Of a DNA stretch of 45,004 nucleotides, positions 1-7,980 are shown in pieces (position 1 is the stretch's first letter; each line of letters starts with the position of its first letter). The notes below the pieces were generated by a model that was not told the DNA's origin, made no database searches, and worked only from the letters and a program-made list of their open reading frames with translations. Made by a program: the position numbers and the translations under genes. Source of the stretch: a virus (taxonomy: Duplodnaviria; Caudoviricetes); the IMG/VR virus record IMGVR_UViG_3300033181_000233, positions 1-45,004 of that record. One strand, written 5' to 3'.

Positions 1-132
1 CAGCTGGTAGAACTGCTCCGGCCGCAGCGGATCGGCGTCGAGCTGTCCGAGGAACTGCAGTTGCACCCGGAGCAGTCGACCGACGCGATGGTCGTGCACC
101 ATCCCGAAGCGAAATACTTCAACGCCAACTAG
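1..132 (+). CDS. metH: 3' end of host B12-dependent methionine synthase (partial)
   Basis: Frame 1 reads QLVELLRPQRIGVELSEELQLHPEQSTDAMVVHHPEAKYFNAN*. HPEQST...HHPEAKYF is the characteristic MetH C-terminus. Confidence 0.9.
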   Translation, partial: QLVELLRPQRIGVELSEELQLHPEQSTDAMVVHHPEAKYFNAN

Positions 133-140
133 CGTCCCCG
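105..140. other. Probable attL junction
   Basis: Host-to-phage transition where the metH end and repressor end overlap. A short inverted repeat ACGC-caacta-GCGT lies at 122-135. The exact core cannot be defined without attR. Confidence 0.6.
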
Positions 141-370
141 GTCCGTAGCCACGCGGCCGGAACGCCGCACGCGGCGGCGATCCGGTCGTAGATCGGCGAG
201 TCCTCCGGCGGGTCGTCCTGATGGTTCTCCCACTGGCCGATCCGGCTGTGACTGATCTGGATGCGAGCGGCCAGCTCGCGCATGTCCAGACCAGCAGCCT
301 TGCGGGCTCGACGAATCCTGTCCCCGGGTCGCTCGGCCGGGATCTGCAGCAGCGGCGTGACGGTGCTCAT
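119..370 (-). CDS. XRE-family HTH immunity repressor
   Basis: GDRIRRARKAAGLDMRELAARIQISHSRIGQWE is an HTH_3-like motif, followed by GVPAAWLRTG. Divergent from the Cro-like gene. Confidence 0.88.
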   Translation of the reverse strand: MSTVTPLLQIPAERPGDRIRRARKAAGLDMRELAARIQISHSRIGQWENHQDDPPEDSPIYDRIAAACGVPAAWLRTGDASWR

Positions 371-377
371 GGGGACC

Positions 378-406
378 AGTGTGCATAGGCCCTAAACATG
401 GGTCAA
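378..406 (-). promoter_or_regulatory. Repressor promoter, probably leaderless
   Basis: Minus strand reads TTGACC (406-401), 17 bp, CACACT (383-378), 7 nt, ATG. Confidence 0.6.
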
Positions 407-448
407 GCCGGCTGGCCGACCCAACTCCCCGTGAACCCGCGGTGACAC

Positions 449-491
449 TTGCGCACAGCCGCTCGACATGTCTATGTTCTCCACATGTCGA
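449..491 (+). promoter_or_regulatory. Early lytic promoter with overlapping inverted-repeat operator
   Basis: TTGCGC (449-454), 18 bp, TATGTT (473-478), 6 nt, ATG at 485. Perfect inverted repeat TCGACATGT (463-471) / ACATGTCGA (483-491). Confidence 0.6.
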
Positions 492-721
492 CTCCACATG
501 GTGAGCTGGCTGCCGTCACCGAGGACGACCGGGTCCTCCAGATCGGTGAAGCCGCTCGACTGCTCGGCGTCCACGTCGAGACCCTTCGCCGGTGGGACGC
601 GGCCGGCACGCTGGCCGCACACCGCAGCCCGACCAAGCAGCGCTATTACCTGGTCCGTGAGGTAGAGCAGCACCGCGCTGAGCGCGAGGCCCGCCGATTC
701 GCCGCGGCGGCCGTCGCATGA
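485..721 (+). CDS. Cro/Xis-like MerR-type HTH DNA-binding protein
   Basis: LQIGEAARLLGVHVETLRRWDAAG...QRYY motif. First gene of the rightward operon. Confidence 0.85.
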   Translation: MSTPHGELAAVTEDDRVLQIGEAARLLGVHVETLRRWDAAGTLAAHRSPTKQRYYLVREVEQHRAEREARRFAAAAVA

Positions 722-831
722 CCCGCCCCCCTCTATCCACCGCGGCGGGGTTCGCGCTCGGCGCGCTGATCTCCGCCGCGCTGTGGGCCGTGATCGTCCT
801 CGGCGCGCTGCTCGTCCGGGCCGCGACATGA
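718..831 (+). CDS. 37-aa membrane peptide
   Basis: MTRPPLSTAAGFALGALISAALWAVIVLGALLVRAAT, with ATGA overlaps at both ends. Confidence 0.65.
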   Translation: MTRPPLSTAAGFALGALISAALWAVIVLGALLVRAAT

Positions 832-1043
832 CCGGCGCCGGTCTGCCACCCGCGGGCGCCCGGGTGCGGTGCGCCTGCTCGATCTGCCGCAGCTGGCCGG
901 CCGAGGACCGGCACACCGGCACAGTCCTGGCGTCGCCACCCCCCCGGGACGGGTGGTCCCCGACGTGGGCGTGGGTGCAGTGGGACCGGGCCGAGTTCGG
1001 CACCGGCGCTCAGGCACCGCACGACCTGGAGCTCTTGCCGTGA
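828..1043 (+). CDS. Hypothetical phage protein
   Basis: ATGA/GTGA coupling to both neighbours; MTGAGLPPAGARVRCACSIC... Confidence 0.65.
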   Translation: MTGAGLPPAGARVRCACSICRSWPAEDRHTGTVLASPPPRDGWSPTWAWVQWDRAEFGTGAQAPHDLELLP

Positions 1044-1132
1044 CCGGCGACCGCGTCGCCCTCGCCGCCGGCCTGCTGCTGTGGCTGATCCTGCTCGCCG
1101 GGGTGTCCCGGCTGATCTGGACGCTGACGTGA
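1040..1132 (+). CDS. 30-aa membrane peptide
   Basis: VTGDRVALAAGLLLWLILLAGVSRLIWTLT, with GTGA overlaps. Confidence 0.6.
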   Translation: MTGDRVALAAGLLLWLILLAGVSRLIWTLT

Positions 1133-1480
1133 CCGCGGCCCGCCGACCGGTGACCGTGCGGGAGCGGATTCTGCGGTTGCTGCATACCACGCTCGCCGCG
1201 AATCTCGCCGCCTCCCGCGAACGGCCGCGCCGACCAGCTGGAGCGAGACAAGGCGCAGGCCCAGCGGGAGCGGAACGCCGCTCTCGACCGGGCCGCCATC
1301 GCCGAACGCCGTCTCGCCGCGCACTGCGCCGAATGGGCACCCCGCGCCGCCGCCGCCGGGCTGCGGAACGCGCCCACCCACCCGGGAGCGGCGCTCACAG
1401 ACACCGCCGGGGCGGACCCGCGTCCGCCCGCCCCGGCGGCCACCACCCACGCCCAACCGTCAGACGACACCCCGTCCTGA
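1129..1480 (+). pseudogene. Coiled-coil phage gene apparently broken by a +1 frameshift near 1222
   Basis: VTAARRPVTVRERILRLLHTTLAANLAASRE continues sensibly only in the +1 frame (RADQLERDKAQAQRERNAALDRAAIAERRL...TPS*, stop 1478-1480). That frame has no start codon of its own. Confidence 0.5.
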
Positions 1481-1487
1481 CACAGCA

Positions 1488-1526
1488 GAGCCGCCGCGAC
1501 CTCGACCAGGGGCACCGCGGCGGCTC
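1488..1526. terminator. GC-rich hairpin (terminator or RNA processing site)
   Basis: GAGCCGCCGCG / CGCGGCGGCTC form an 11-bp perfect stem in an intergenic gap; there is no clear U-tract. Confidence 0.45.
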
Positions 1527-1546
1527 CGACAGAGAGCAGCGTACCC

Positions 1547-1699
1547 ATGAGCACTTTCCCGCAGCCCGCCTGGGACGACACCATGGCCCGCGTCGACCGA
1601 CCCCCGACCCGACGCGACCGGATCGGCAGCGCCCTCGCCCTCGCCGTCGGCGCCGGCATGCTCGGCGCCGCAGCCGCCCTCGCCCTGGTGTTCGGCTGA
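1547..1699 (+). CDS. 50-aa membrane peptide
   Basis: MSTFPQPAWDDTMARVDRPPTRRDRIGSALALAVGAGMLGAAAALALVFG, TGATG-coupled to the next gene. Confidence 0.65.
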   Translation: MSTFPQPAWDDTMARVDRPPTRRDRIGSALALAVGAGMLGAAAALALVFG

Positions 1700-2394
1700 T
1701 GGCCGCCGAGAGCACCGCACGCGCAATGCCCGACCGGCTCGCCCTGCTCCCACGGATACACCTCGCCGCTGGCGCCCACGAGGCGACGGGCGCGGAAATC
1801 CCCGAGGCGTGCGTGATGGAGATCGCCTCCTGGCTCGCCGGCGAGCCCTGGTCGGACCAAACCACGTGTGTGAGCACCATCCTCGGCGGGTTCGCCCGCT
1901 CGCTCAACGACACGCTGCCCGACGACACCCGCCAACGGCTCGTGCCTCTCGCCCCGCGCCTGATCGGCACCGCCGACGACGGGCTGGACGAAACCCGCGG
2001 GTACATGGCGCTGGACTGGCTCATCCGCACGTACACCCCGGCCTGGCTGGACCTCGCGGGGCTGACCGAGGAGGCCGCGGCCTTGCGGTCGCTGCGCCGG
2101 ATCGTCGACCTGGCCGCCGCGGAAGCCGCTGGCCCGGTGGTCCGCGTCGGACGAGAGAAAGCGGTCGCCGCCGGGACCGTCGCCGGGACCGTCGCCGGGG
2201 ACGCCGCCGGGGCCGCCACCTGGGCCGCCGCCTGGGCCGCCGCCGGGGCCGCCGCCGAGGACGCCGTCAGGGCCGCCGCCAGGGCCGCCGGCGGGGACGC
2301 CGTCAAGCCGACCGTCACCCAACTCGAGCAGTCCGCGATTGACCTGTTCGACCGCATGATCGACGGCCGCTGGGACGACGGGGCCGGCCGATGA
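1699..2394 (+). CDS. Phage protein with Ala-rich tetrapeptide repeats
   Basis: ACVMEIASWLAGEPWSDQTTCVS N-terminal domain, then AAGT/AAWA/AARA repeats. Confidence 0.8.
   Translation: MAAESTARAMPDRLALLPRIHLAAGAHEATGAEIPEACVMEIASWLAGEPWSDQTTCVSTILGGFARSLNDTLPDDTRQRLVPLAPRLIGTADDGLDETRGYMALDWLIRTYTPAWLDLAGLTEEAAALRSLRRIVDLAAAEAAGPVVRVGREKAVAAGTVAGTVAGDAAGAATWAAAWAAAGAAAEDAVRAAARAAGGDAVKPTVTQLEQSAIDLFDRMIDGRWDDGAGR
2164..2300 (+). repeat. Degenerate 12-bp tandem repeat (GYCGCCNGGRMC)
   Basis: Units such as gtcgccgggacc, gccgccggggcc and gccgcctgggcc. Confidence 0.8.
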
Positions 2395-3101
2395 GCATCC
2401 AGCTATGGAAGGCGACCGCCCCATCGGGCCGCGACTTCCGGACCGGGACCATCGACTACGCGGCCGCACTTACGTCAGGGAAGGTGCTGGACCACCCGAA
2501 CTCCCACAAGATCGTGCCCAACAAGCCGAGCACGTACCTGTCCGTGTCTACCGAGCCGGCGGAGACCCTGATCGGGGGGTTATGGCCGTGCCGGCTGTTC
2601 CGGGTCGAGCCCGTCGGGGACGTGCTCGCCGGCCTGAAGGTGTCGCCGCACAAGCGGGCCGTGCTCGCCCTCCGGGTGGTCGAGGAGGTGGAGGGGTGGC
2701 GGGCGCTCGGTCCGAACGGCCGCGAGGTCGCCGCCGTCATCGCCCGGGCCGCCCTGCTCACGACAGACGAGATCAGCCGAGTGGTCGCCGCCGGGACCGC
2801 CGCCGGGACCGCCGCCGGGACCGTCGCCGGGACCGCCGCCGGGACCGCCGTCAGGGCCGCCACCTGGGCCGCCGCCGGGACCGCCGCCGGGACCGCCGCC
2901 GAGGCCGCCCCCAGGAGCGCTGCCAGTGACGCTGCCGGGTACGCCGCCTGGGACGGCGGTGGGAGCGCCGTCAAGGCCGCCGCTAGGGCCGCCGTGGTCC
3001 GGGACCTCATCACCCCCGAGCAGTACGACCTACTCGCGGGCCCCTGGGAATCAGTGATGGGCCCAATGCTCTCAACACCCACCGTGGAGGGAGAGCAGTG
3101 A
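2391..3101 (+). CDS. Phage protein with Ala-rich tetrapeptide repeats
   Basis: WPCRLFRVEPVG...ALGPNG N-terminal domain, AAGT repeats, and a VVRDLITPEQYDLLAGPW C-terminus. Confidence 0.8.
   Translation: MSIQLWKATAPSGRDFRTGTIDYAAALTSGKVLDHPNSHKIVPNKPSTYLSVSTEPAETLIGGLWPCRLFRVEPVGDVLAGLKVSPHKRAVLALRVVEEVEGWRALGPNGREVAAVIARAALLTTDEISRVVAAGTAAGTAAGTVAGTAAGTAVRAATWAAAGTAAGTAAEAAPRSAASDAAGYAAWDGGGSAVKAAARAAVVRDLITPEQYDLLAGPWESVMGPMLSTPTVEGEQ
2784..2995 (+). repeat. Degenerate 12-bp tandem repeat (GCCGCCGGGACC)
   Basis: Same unit family as 2164-2300; both share the string gggccgccacctgggccgccgcc. Confidence 0.8.
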
Positions 3102-3286
3102 TCCGGCACCTGGACCGCAACGGGCTGGTCCTCACCAAAGGTGACCCGGTCAGCGTGTACGGGTGGGAAGAGATGCGCGGCGTGTTCACGGGCCGCGACG
3201 AATACGGGCTCGTCCGAGTCGCGTGGAGTGCTGGCGGGCTGTCGCTGGAGCGGCCCGGAGACCTCGTCAAGGTGGCGGGCCGATGA
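3098..3286 (+). CDS. Hypothetical phage protein
   Basis: GGAGGGAG RBS and GTGA/ATGA coupling. Confidence 0.7.
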   Translation: MIRHLDRNGLVLTKGDPVSVYGWEEMRGVFTGRDEYGLVRVAWSAGGLSLERPGDLVKVAGR

Positions 3287-3696
3287 GCGCAGCCGACGTG
3301 CCCGAGCTGGTCGAGGCGGGTGCTCGCAAGATGTGCGGTGGTCGGACGCCGACACGCGAGGCGCTGGCCGACGCCCGCTTGGCCCTGTCCGTCGTGCCCG
3401 CGCCGCAGCGACCGATCGACCCGGACGACCAAGAGCAGGTCCGAGAGGCATGGCAGGCAGCCGAGGACGCGGCCCTCACCAACGGCTACTCGTGGTCAAC
3501 CATCGGCGGCACCAGGATCGTGGTCGCGGTACTGCGCGCCTTGCGGCACCACCATGTCGGCCTGCCCGCGCGGGTCGAGCCGAGCGACGTGGCGGTCGAT
3601 GCCGCCGCCGAGGTCATCGCCGATGCGGACGGCCTGACGTACGACCACCTCCGCGCTGCTGTCCGCGCCGCCTACGCCGTGGACGGCGCGAAGTGA
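3283..3696 (+). CDS. Hypothetical phage protein
   Basis: MSAADVPELVEAGARKMC...; coupled start and stop. Confidence 0.7.
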   Translation: MSAADVPELVEAGARKMCGGRTPTREALADARLALSVVPAPQRPIDPDDQEQVREAWQAAEDAALTNGYSWSTIGGTRIVVAVLRALRHHHVGLPARVEPSDVAVDAAAEVIADADGLTYDHLRAAVRAAYAVDGAK

Positions 3697-4016
3697 GCGC
3701 CGATCTCGACGGGTTCCTCGGCGCCGCCGAGGACGTACTCGGCCAGATGAAAGAAGCCCTACCACAGCTCGACCGGCACGCCACATCCATGTCCCCCGGG
3801 CCCGTGGAGACCCGCGCCGACATCGTCCTCGACCTACTCCGTCAGGCAGTCACCGACCTCGACGCAGCCCTGCAGAAGTGGGACGACCTCGACCGGGAAC
3901 AGGAGATGTACGACCGGGAGGACAAGGCGTTCGAGGAGGAGCCGGCGGACATCTTCTATCGGCTGGGGATGGCTGGGAGTCCGGACGACGCGACCTGGGA
4001 CGAGGTCGAAGCGTGA
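3693..4016 (+). CDS. Acidic helical hypothetical protein
   Basis: VSADLDGFLGAAEDVLGQMKE...; coupled start and stop. Confidence 0.7.
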   Translation: MSADLDGFLGAAEDVLGQMKEALPQLDRHATSMSPGPVETRADIVLDLLRQAVTDLDAALQKWDDLDREQEMYDREDKAFEEEPADIFYRLGMAGSPDDATWDEVEA

Positions 4017-4933
4017 GCGCGAACATCGCTCTGCCCAAGGGCTGCACCCTCGCCTACGACGGGCCGCCGCACACCCCCGAGTGGTACGCCGCACGCCGCA
4101 CCGGTATTACGGCTACCGACCTCCCGAAAATCCTCGGGCTGTCGAAGTATGGGCAGGCGTACACCGTGTGGGCGGACAAGCTCGGGCACGCCGCTGAGGA
4201 CACCGCCGGCAAAGCCGCGCGCCTCGGCAGCTGGCTGGAGGACCCCGTCGCCCAGCTGTGGCTGGAGGACGAGGCCCCGGCGGGCACCGTCATGGGCGAC
4301 CGCGAACGGATGTACCGGTGCATTGCCGAGCCGTGGGTCATCGCCACCGTCGACCGGCCGCTCGTCGTCCCGCACATCGGGGAGTCGATCCTCGAAGTCA
4401 AGACCCGGTCCGCGCGCACAGAGGACCAGTGGGTCGAGGAATCCGCCGGCCGACCGCAGGACATGCCCGACGACGTCATGGTGCAGGTGCAGTGGGGACT
4501 CAAGTGCACCGGCCTGTTCGTCGCCTACGTCGCACTCGCCATCACCGGCAGCGGCCTGTACGGGTTCGTCGTCCCCCGCGACCAGGACGTGATCGACTAC
4601 CTCACCGACCAAGCCCGTGCCGTGTGGCAGCACGTCCTCGACGGCACCCCGCCTGCGTCCGCCGACTGGGGACCAGCCGAGGAAGCACTGCACACCGACA
4701 TCAACGGTCAGCGCGAAGGCGACATCACCCTCGACCAGCACGGCGACACCTGGGACGCCGCGACGCTCCACAAAGCCAACGCCGACTGGGAAACCACGCA
4801 GCACAAACGTCACCGCGCCGCCCTCGTTGAAGCCCTCGGCAGCGGCCGCCGCGGCCTCATCGGCGGACGGGTCGCCATCAGCGCGTCCGACACCGGGCGC
4901 GTCACCTTCCGATCCCGTAAGGACACGGCATGA
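4013..4933 (+). CDS. YqaJ/RecE-like exonuclease
   Basis: EWYAARRTGITATD, ATVDR, ILEVKT and QVQWGL lambda-exonuclease-type motifs. Confidence 0.9.
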   Translation: MSANIALPKGCTLAYDGPPHTPEWYAARRTGITATDLPKILGLSKYGQAYTVWADKLGHAAEDTAGKAARLGSWLEDPVAQLWLEDEAPAGTVMGDRERMYRCIAEPWVIATVDRPLVVPHIGESILEVKTRSARTEDQWVEESAGRPQDMPDDVMVQVQWGLKCTGLFVAYVALAITGSGLYGFVVPRDQDVIDYLTDQARAVWQHVLDGTPPASADWGPAEEALHTDINGQREGDITLDQHGDTWDAATLHKANADWETTQHKRHRAALVEALGSGRRGLIGGRVAISASDTGRVTFRSRKDTA

Positions 4934-5220
4934 GTGAGCAGCGCACACAGTGGACGCGACCAACCCCCGGCGAAGTGAAACCACTCCGGCGGGTGTCTGT
5001 CTCCGATGCAGCTCGGAGCGGTGAGCAGCGCGTGATCACGCTGTCGTGGTCCGGCGAGCTGCACCAGGTGTTCCCATCAGCCGCCGTACGCGAGTTCGTC
5101 GAGATCGCCACGCGAGGACTCGCGCGGCCAGTAGCACCACCCGCACTACCAGCCGCTCGTGATCCGTGGCCAGACAGCCCTGACGCCGGGGACGCATCAA
5201 TCGTGGGAGAGCAGTTCTGA
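4930..5220 (+). CDS. Hypothetical phage protein
   Basis: AAGGA RBS; fills the gap between the exonuclease and the RecT-like gene. Confidence 0.6.
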   Translation: MSEQRTQWTRPTPGEVKPLRRVSVSDAARSGEQRVITLSWSGELHQVFPSAAVREFVEIATRGLARPVAPPALPAARDPWPDSPDAGDASIVGEQF

Positions 5221-6170
5221 TGACCACCAACCTGCCCGCCGTCGCCCAGGCCACGGCCTCACTGCCCGAACGCATCGAGTTCGCCAGGGCCCTCTCCGAC
5301 TCCGGCCTCCTCCCCTCAGCGTTCCGCAAGCAGCCCGCCAGCATCCTGTGGGCGATGGAATACGGCGACACCCTCGGCATCACCCTCCTCGACGCCATCC
5401 AGTCCATCCACGTGATCGAGGGCAAGCCGTCCGCCAGCTCCGACCTGATCGCTGCTCTCGTCCGCCGCGCCGGCCACCGACTGCGAGTGTTCGTCGACCG
5501 CGACCCCGCCGGAGCGTGGGCCGCGTCGGTGGCGCAGATCATCCGCCGCGACGACCCGCAGTTCACCTACGAGGCTCGCTGGACACCCGAGCGGGCCCGC
5601 GCCGCCGGCCTGATGGGCAAGCAGGTCTGGAAGAACTACGGCGAGGCGATGGGCAAAGCGCGCGCGATCACCGAAGTCGCTCGAGAAGCCTGCTCGGAGG
5701 TGCTGCACGGCGCGATCTACGGCCCCGAGGAGCTGGGTGCGCTCGTTGACCAGAACGAGCACGTCATCGGCGGCACGCTCGAACCGCAGCACGCGGCGAC
5801 TTCGCCCGCCCCGGCCAAGGCCGCCCGCTTGGTCGATCGCGCCCGCGCCGCGAAGAAGGCGCCGCCCGCGCCCGCCGAGGAACCCGTCGACGCTGAGGTG
5901 GTCGAAGAACCCGTCCCCGACAGCCTCGTCCTCGCCGACGAGTTGCGCACCGAGAACCAGTCCCGGGCCCTGTTCGCGATGCTCGGCCAGCACGGCGTCA
6001 AGGAACGCGAAGACGTCCGCCAGGTCATCGGCCTGATCATCGACCGGCCCATCGAGTCCACGAAAGAACTCACCAAAGCCGAGGTGTCCCGGCTGCTCGA
6101 CGAGCTCCCCGCACGGCTCACCGCAGGCGACAGCACAGCGGAGACAGCGCTTGACGAGGCACACGCATGA
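5220..6170 (+). CDS. RecT-like ssDNA annealing protein
   Basis: SGLLPSAFRKQPASIL...IHVIEGKPS...WTPERARAAGL...WKNY...ARAITEVAR; lies near the exonuclease. Confidence 0.8.
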   Translation: MTTNLPAVAQATASLPERIEFARALSDSGLLPSAFRKQPASILWAMEYGDTLGITLLDAIQSIHVIEGKPSASSDLIAALVRRAGHRLRVFVDRDPAGAWAASVAQIIRRDDPQFTYEARWTPERARAAGLMGKQVWKNYGEAMGKARAITEVAREACSEVLHGAIYGPEELGALVDQNEHVIGGTLEPQHAATSPAPAKAARLVDRARAAKKAPPAPAEEPVDAEVVEEPVPDSLVLADELRTENQSRALFAMLGQHGVKEREDVRQVIGLIIDRPIESTKELTKAEVSRLLDELPARLTAGDSTAETALDEAHA

Positions 6171-6814
6171 CCGCGCGCATCGACCGCAACAGGCTGTTCA
6201 AGATCCTCGCCCTCGACGGACAGGGGTCGGATGCCTACCTCGCCGACCAGCTCGAAGCCCGCATCGACGAATGGCTGGTCGAGAGCACCGCGCCGGCTTC
6301 CGTTGAGCCGGTGCTGGACCTCGACGCGCTGTCCAGCGTCATCGGAGCGCGGATGTACGGCAACTTCACCGACGACGACCTCGCCGCCGCCGTGGAGCGG
6401 CACGTCGCGCCGATCATCGCCGCCGCACGCCAGAGCACCGCTCCCACCGACCCGGCCGAGTTGGCGAAGGACCCGAAGGTCGCCGCGGCCGTGCTGCGGA
6501 GCTGGGCCGAGTACATCCGCGCCCGAGTGGGCCACACCATGGCCGACGCGATGGTGGTGGAGGCAATCCAGCTGGACCCGCCCGAGCCGGTCGACCCGCC
6601 GATGGTGGACGGGCAGTGGCGGGAGCGACCGGACACCAAAGCGTTGATGCAGCGGGAGAACACAGCTAGCCACAGCCACCCCGGCGCGCCTGCTCACTGG
6701 TACCCACACGGTTACTGGAACCCCGAGCGCTACACCGACGACCAGATGCGGGGCTGCCGGGTCGTCCCGACCGCTGAGGTCATCGACCGGCTCGGGCTCG
6801 GCGGTGCCGAGTGA
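6167..6814 (+). CDS. Hypothetical phage protein
   Basis: GAGG RBS, coupled overlaps, high-GC codon bias. Confidence 0.7.
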   Translation: MTARIDRNRLFKILALDGQGSDAYLADQLEARIDEWLVESTAPASVEPVLDLDALSSVIGARMYGNFTDDDLAAAVERHVAPIIAAARQSTAPTDPAELAKDPKVAAAVLRSWAEYIRARVGHTMADAMVVEAIQLDPPEPVDPPMVDGQWRERPDTKALMQRENTASHSHPGAPAHWYPHGYWNPERYTDDQMRGCRVVPTAEVIDRLGLGGAE

Positions 6815-7011
6815 GCGCCCGCGTGGTCCAGGCCGGCGACCCAGAGCCCGAACCCGGACAGACCATCTGGACCGACCGCGACGGGTTCAGGTGGCGGAAC
6901 ACGGGCGAGGGCTGGAAGGTCAAGCAGGTCGGGTGGTCCGGACTGCGGGCATGGGAGAGCCGACTCGGTCCCGCGCGCTTCCTGCCGCTGACAGAGCAGG
7001 TGGGCCAGTGA
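6811..7011 (+). CDS. Small Trp-rich hypothetical protein
   Basis: GDPEPEPGQTIWTDRDGFRW...GP; coupled overlaps. Confidence 0.7.
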   Translation: MSARVVQAGDPEPEPGQTIWTDRDGFRWRNTGEGWKVKQVGWSGLRAWESRLGPARFLPLTEQVGQ

Positions 7012-7592
7012 GCGCCGCCGAGATCCTGCGGATCGTCGGCGTGGACACGTCCCTCGCCAGCACTGGCGTCGCCGCGTGGAAACTCACCGACGACGGGCCC
7101 TTCCTGCTCGGCGCCGAGGCGATCACCGTGCCCGCCGTCCCGGGCGCCACGATCACCGACCGGGCCCAACGGGTGAAACGGATCTCGCGCGAAGTGGACC
7201 CATGGACCCGCCACGTCAACGCGCTGCTGGTCATCGAGGGGCTCGCGCCCAGCCGCACACACAGCGGCGGCAGGGACAGTGACCTCGCCCACCTGTGGTG
7301 GACGATCGTCAGCCGGCACGCAGCCCGGGTCGACTTGAACTGCCACGTCGCCGTCGCCACCCCCGGCAACGTCAAGAAATGGGCCACCGGTAACGGGGCC
7401 GCGGACAAGGCCGCCGTCGCCTCCGCCATCACCCGGCTCGTCCCGCAGGCCGACGTCACCACCTCCGACGTCAGCGACGCGCTTGCCCTGTCCCTGCTGG
7501 GACAGCACCTCATCGGCTGGCGGGACGAACCCGCCGCCTACCGCCGCGACGCACTCACCAAGATCACCTGGGCCAACGGGGAGCCGGCATGA
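7008..7592 (+). CDS. RuvC-like Holliday junction resolvase
   Basis: IVGVDTSLASTGVA, LVIEG, VKKWATGNGAADK and DVSDALAL give the RuvC acidic catalytic pattern. Confidence 0.88.
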   Translation: MSAAEILRIVGVDTSLASTGVAAWKLTDDGPFLLGAEAITVPAVPGATITDRAQRVKRISREVDPWTRHVNALLVIEGLAPSRTHSGGRDSDLAHLWWTIVSRHAARVDLNCHVAVATPGNVKKWATGNGAADKAAVASAITRLVPQADVTTSDVSDALALSLLGQHLIGWRDEPAAYRRDALTKITWANGEPA

Positions 7593-7679
7593 CCACGACC
7601 ACGCACACCCTGGCTGCCGCTGCGCCCGCTGCACAGCGGCCATGAGGAAGGCCAAACGCCGGAGCAGGGCGGCCCACCG

Positions 7680-7922
7680 ATGAGCGCCGACCTGAAGCCC
7701 TACCTGCTCCGGCGCGAACGGCTGCACCCGGACTGCTCGCCATGCGAGCGCACCTGGATCATCCGCGACCGCGCCACCGGCCAACGGCTCGGCACCACCT
7801 TCCGCAGCGAGGACGGGCACAACTGGCTCCTGCAAGTCGAGGGGCGGGTTGGCCTCTTCGTCCGCCGAACCCGCCACGAAGCCGCCGCCCGCGTGTGGAC
7901 GATCAGCCGGGGGCTGCGATGA
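7680..7922 (+). CDS. Hypothetical phage protein
   Basis: 80-aa ORF with ATGA coupling. Confidence 0.6.
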   Translation: MSADLKPYLLRRERLHPDCSPCERTWIIRDRATGQRLGTTFRSEDGHNWLLQVEGRVGLFVRRTRHEAAARVWTISRGLR

Positions 7923-7980
7923 CCGCCGAACGATATCGCGTCGGCCACCGGGTGCCCCTGCACCTCATCGAGGAGGGGAT

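Noticed and set aside
733-2469. Long minus-strand ORF (578 aa) and similar long antisense or alternate-frame ORFs such as 13543-16119 and 8616-10109
   Set aside because: These are shadow ORFs expected in high-GC DNA, rich in Arg, Pro and Gly and overlapping well-supported genes.
2164-2995. Ala-repeat arrays as a diversity-generating retroelement TR/VR pair or a CRISPR array
   Set aside because: There is no reverse transcriptase or cas gene, no adenine-specific mismatch pattern and no unique spacers. The repeats are in-frame coding units.
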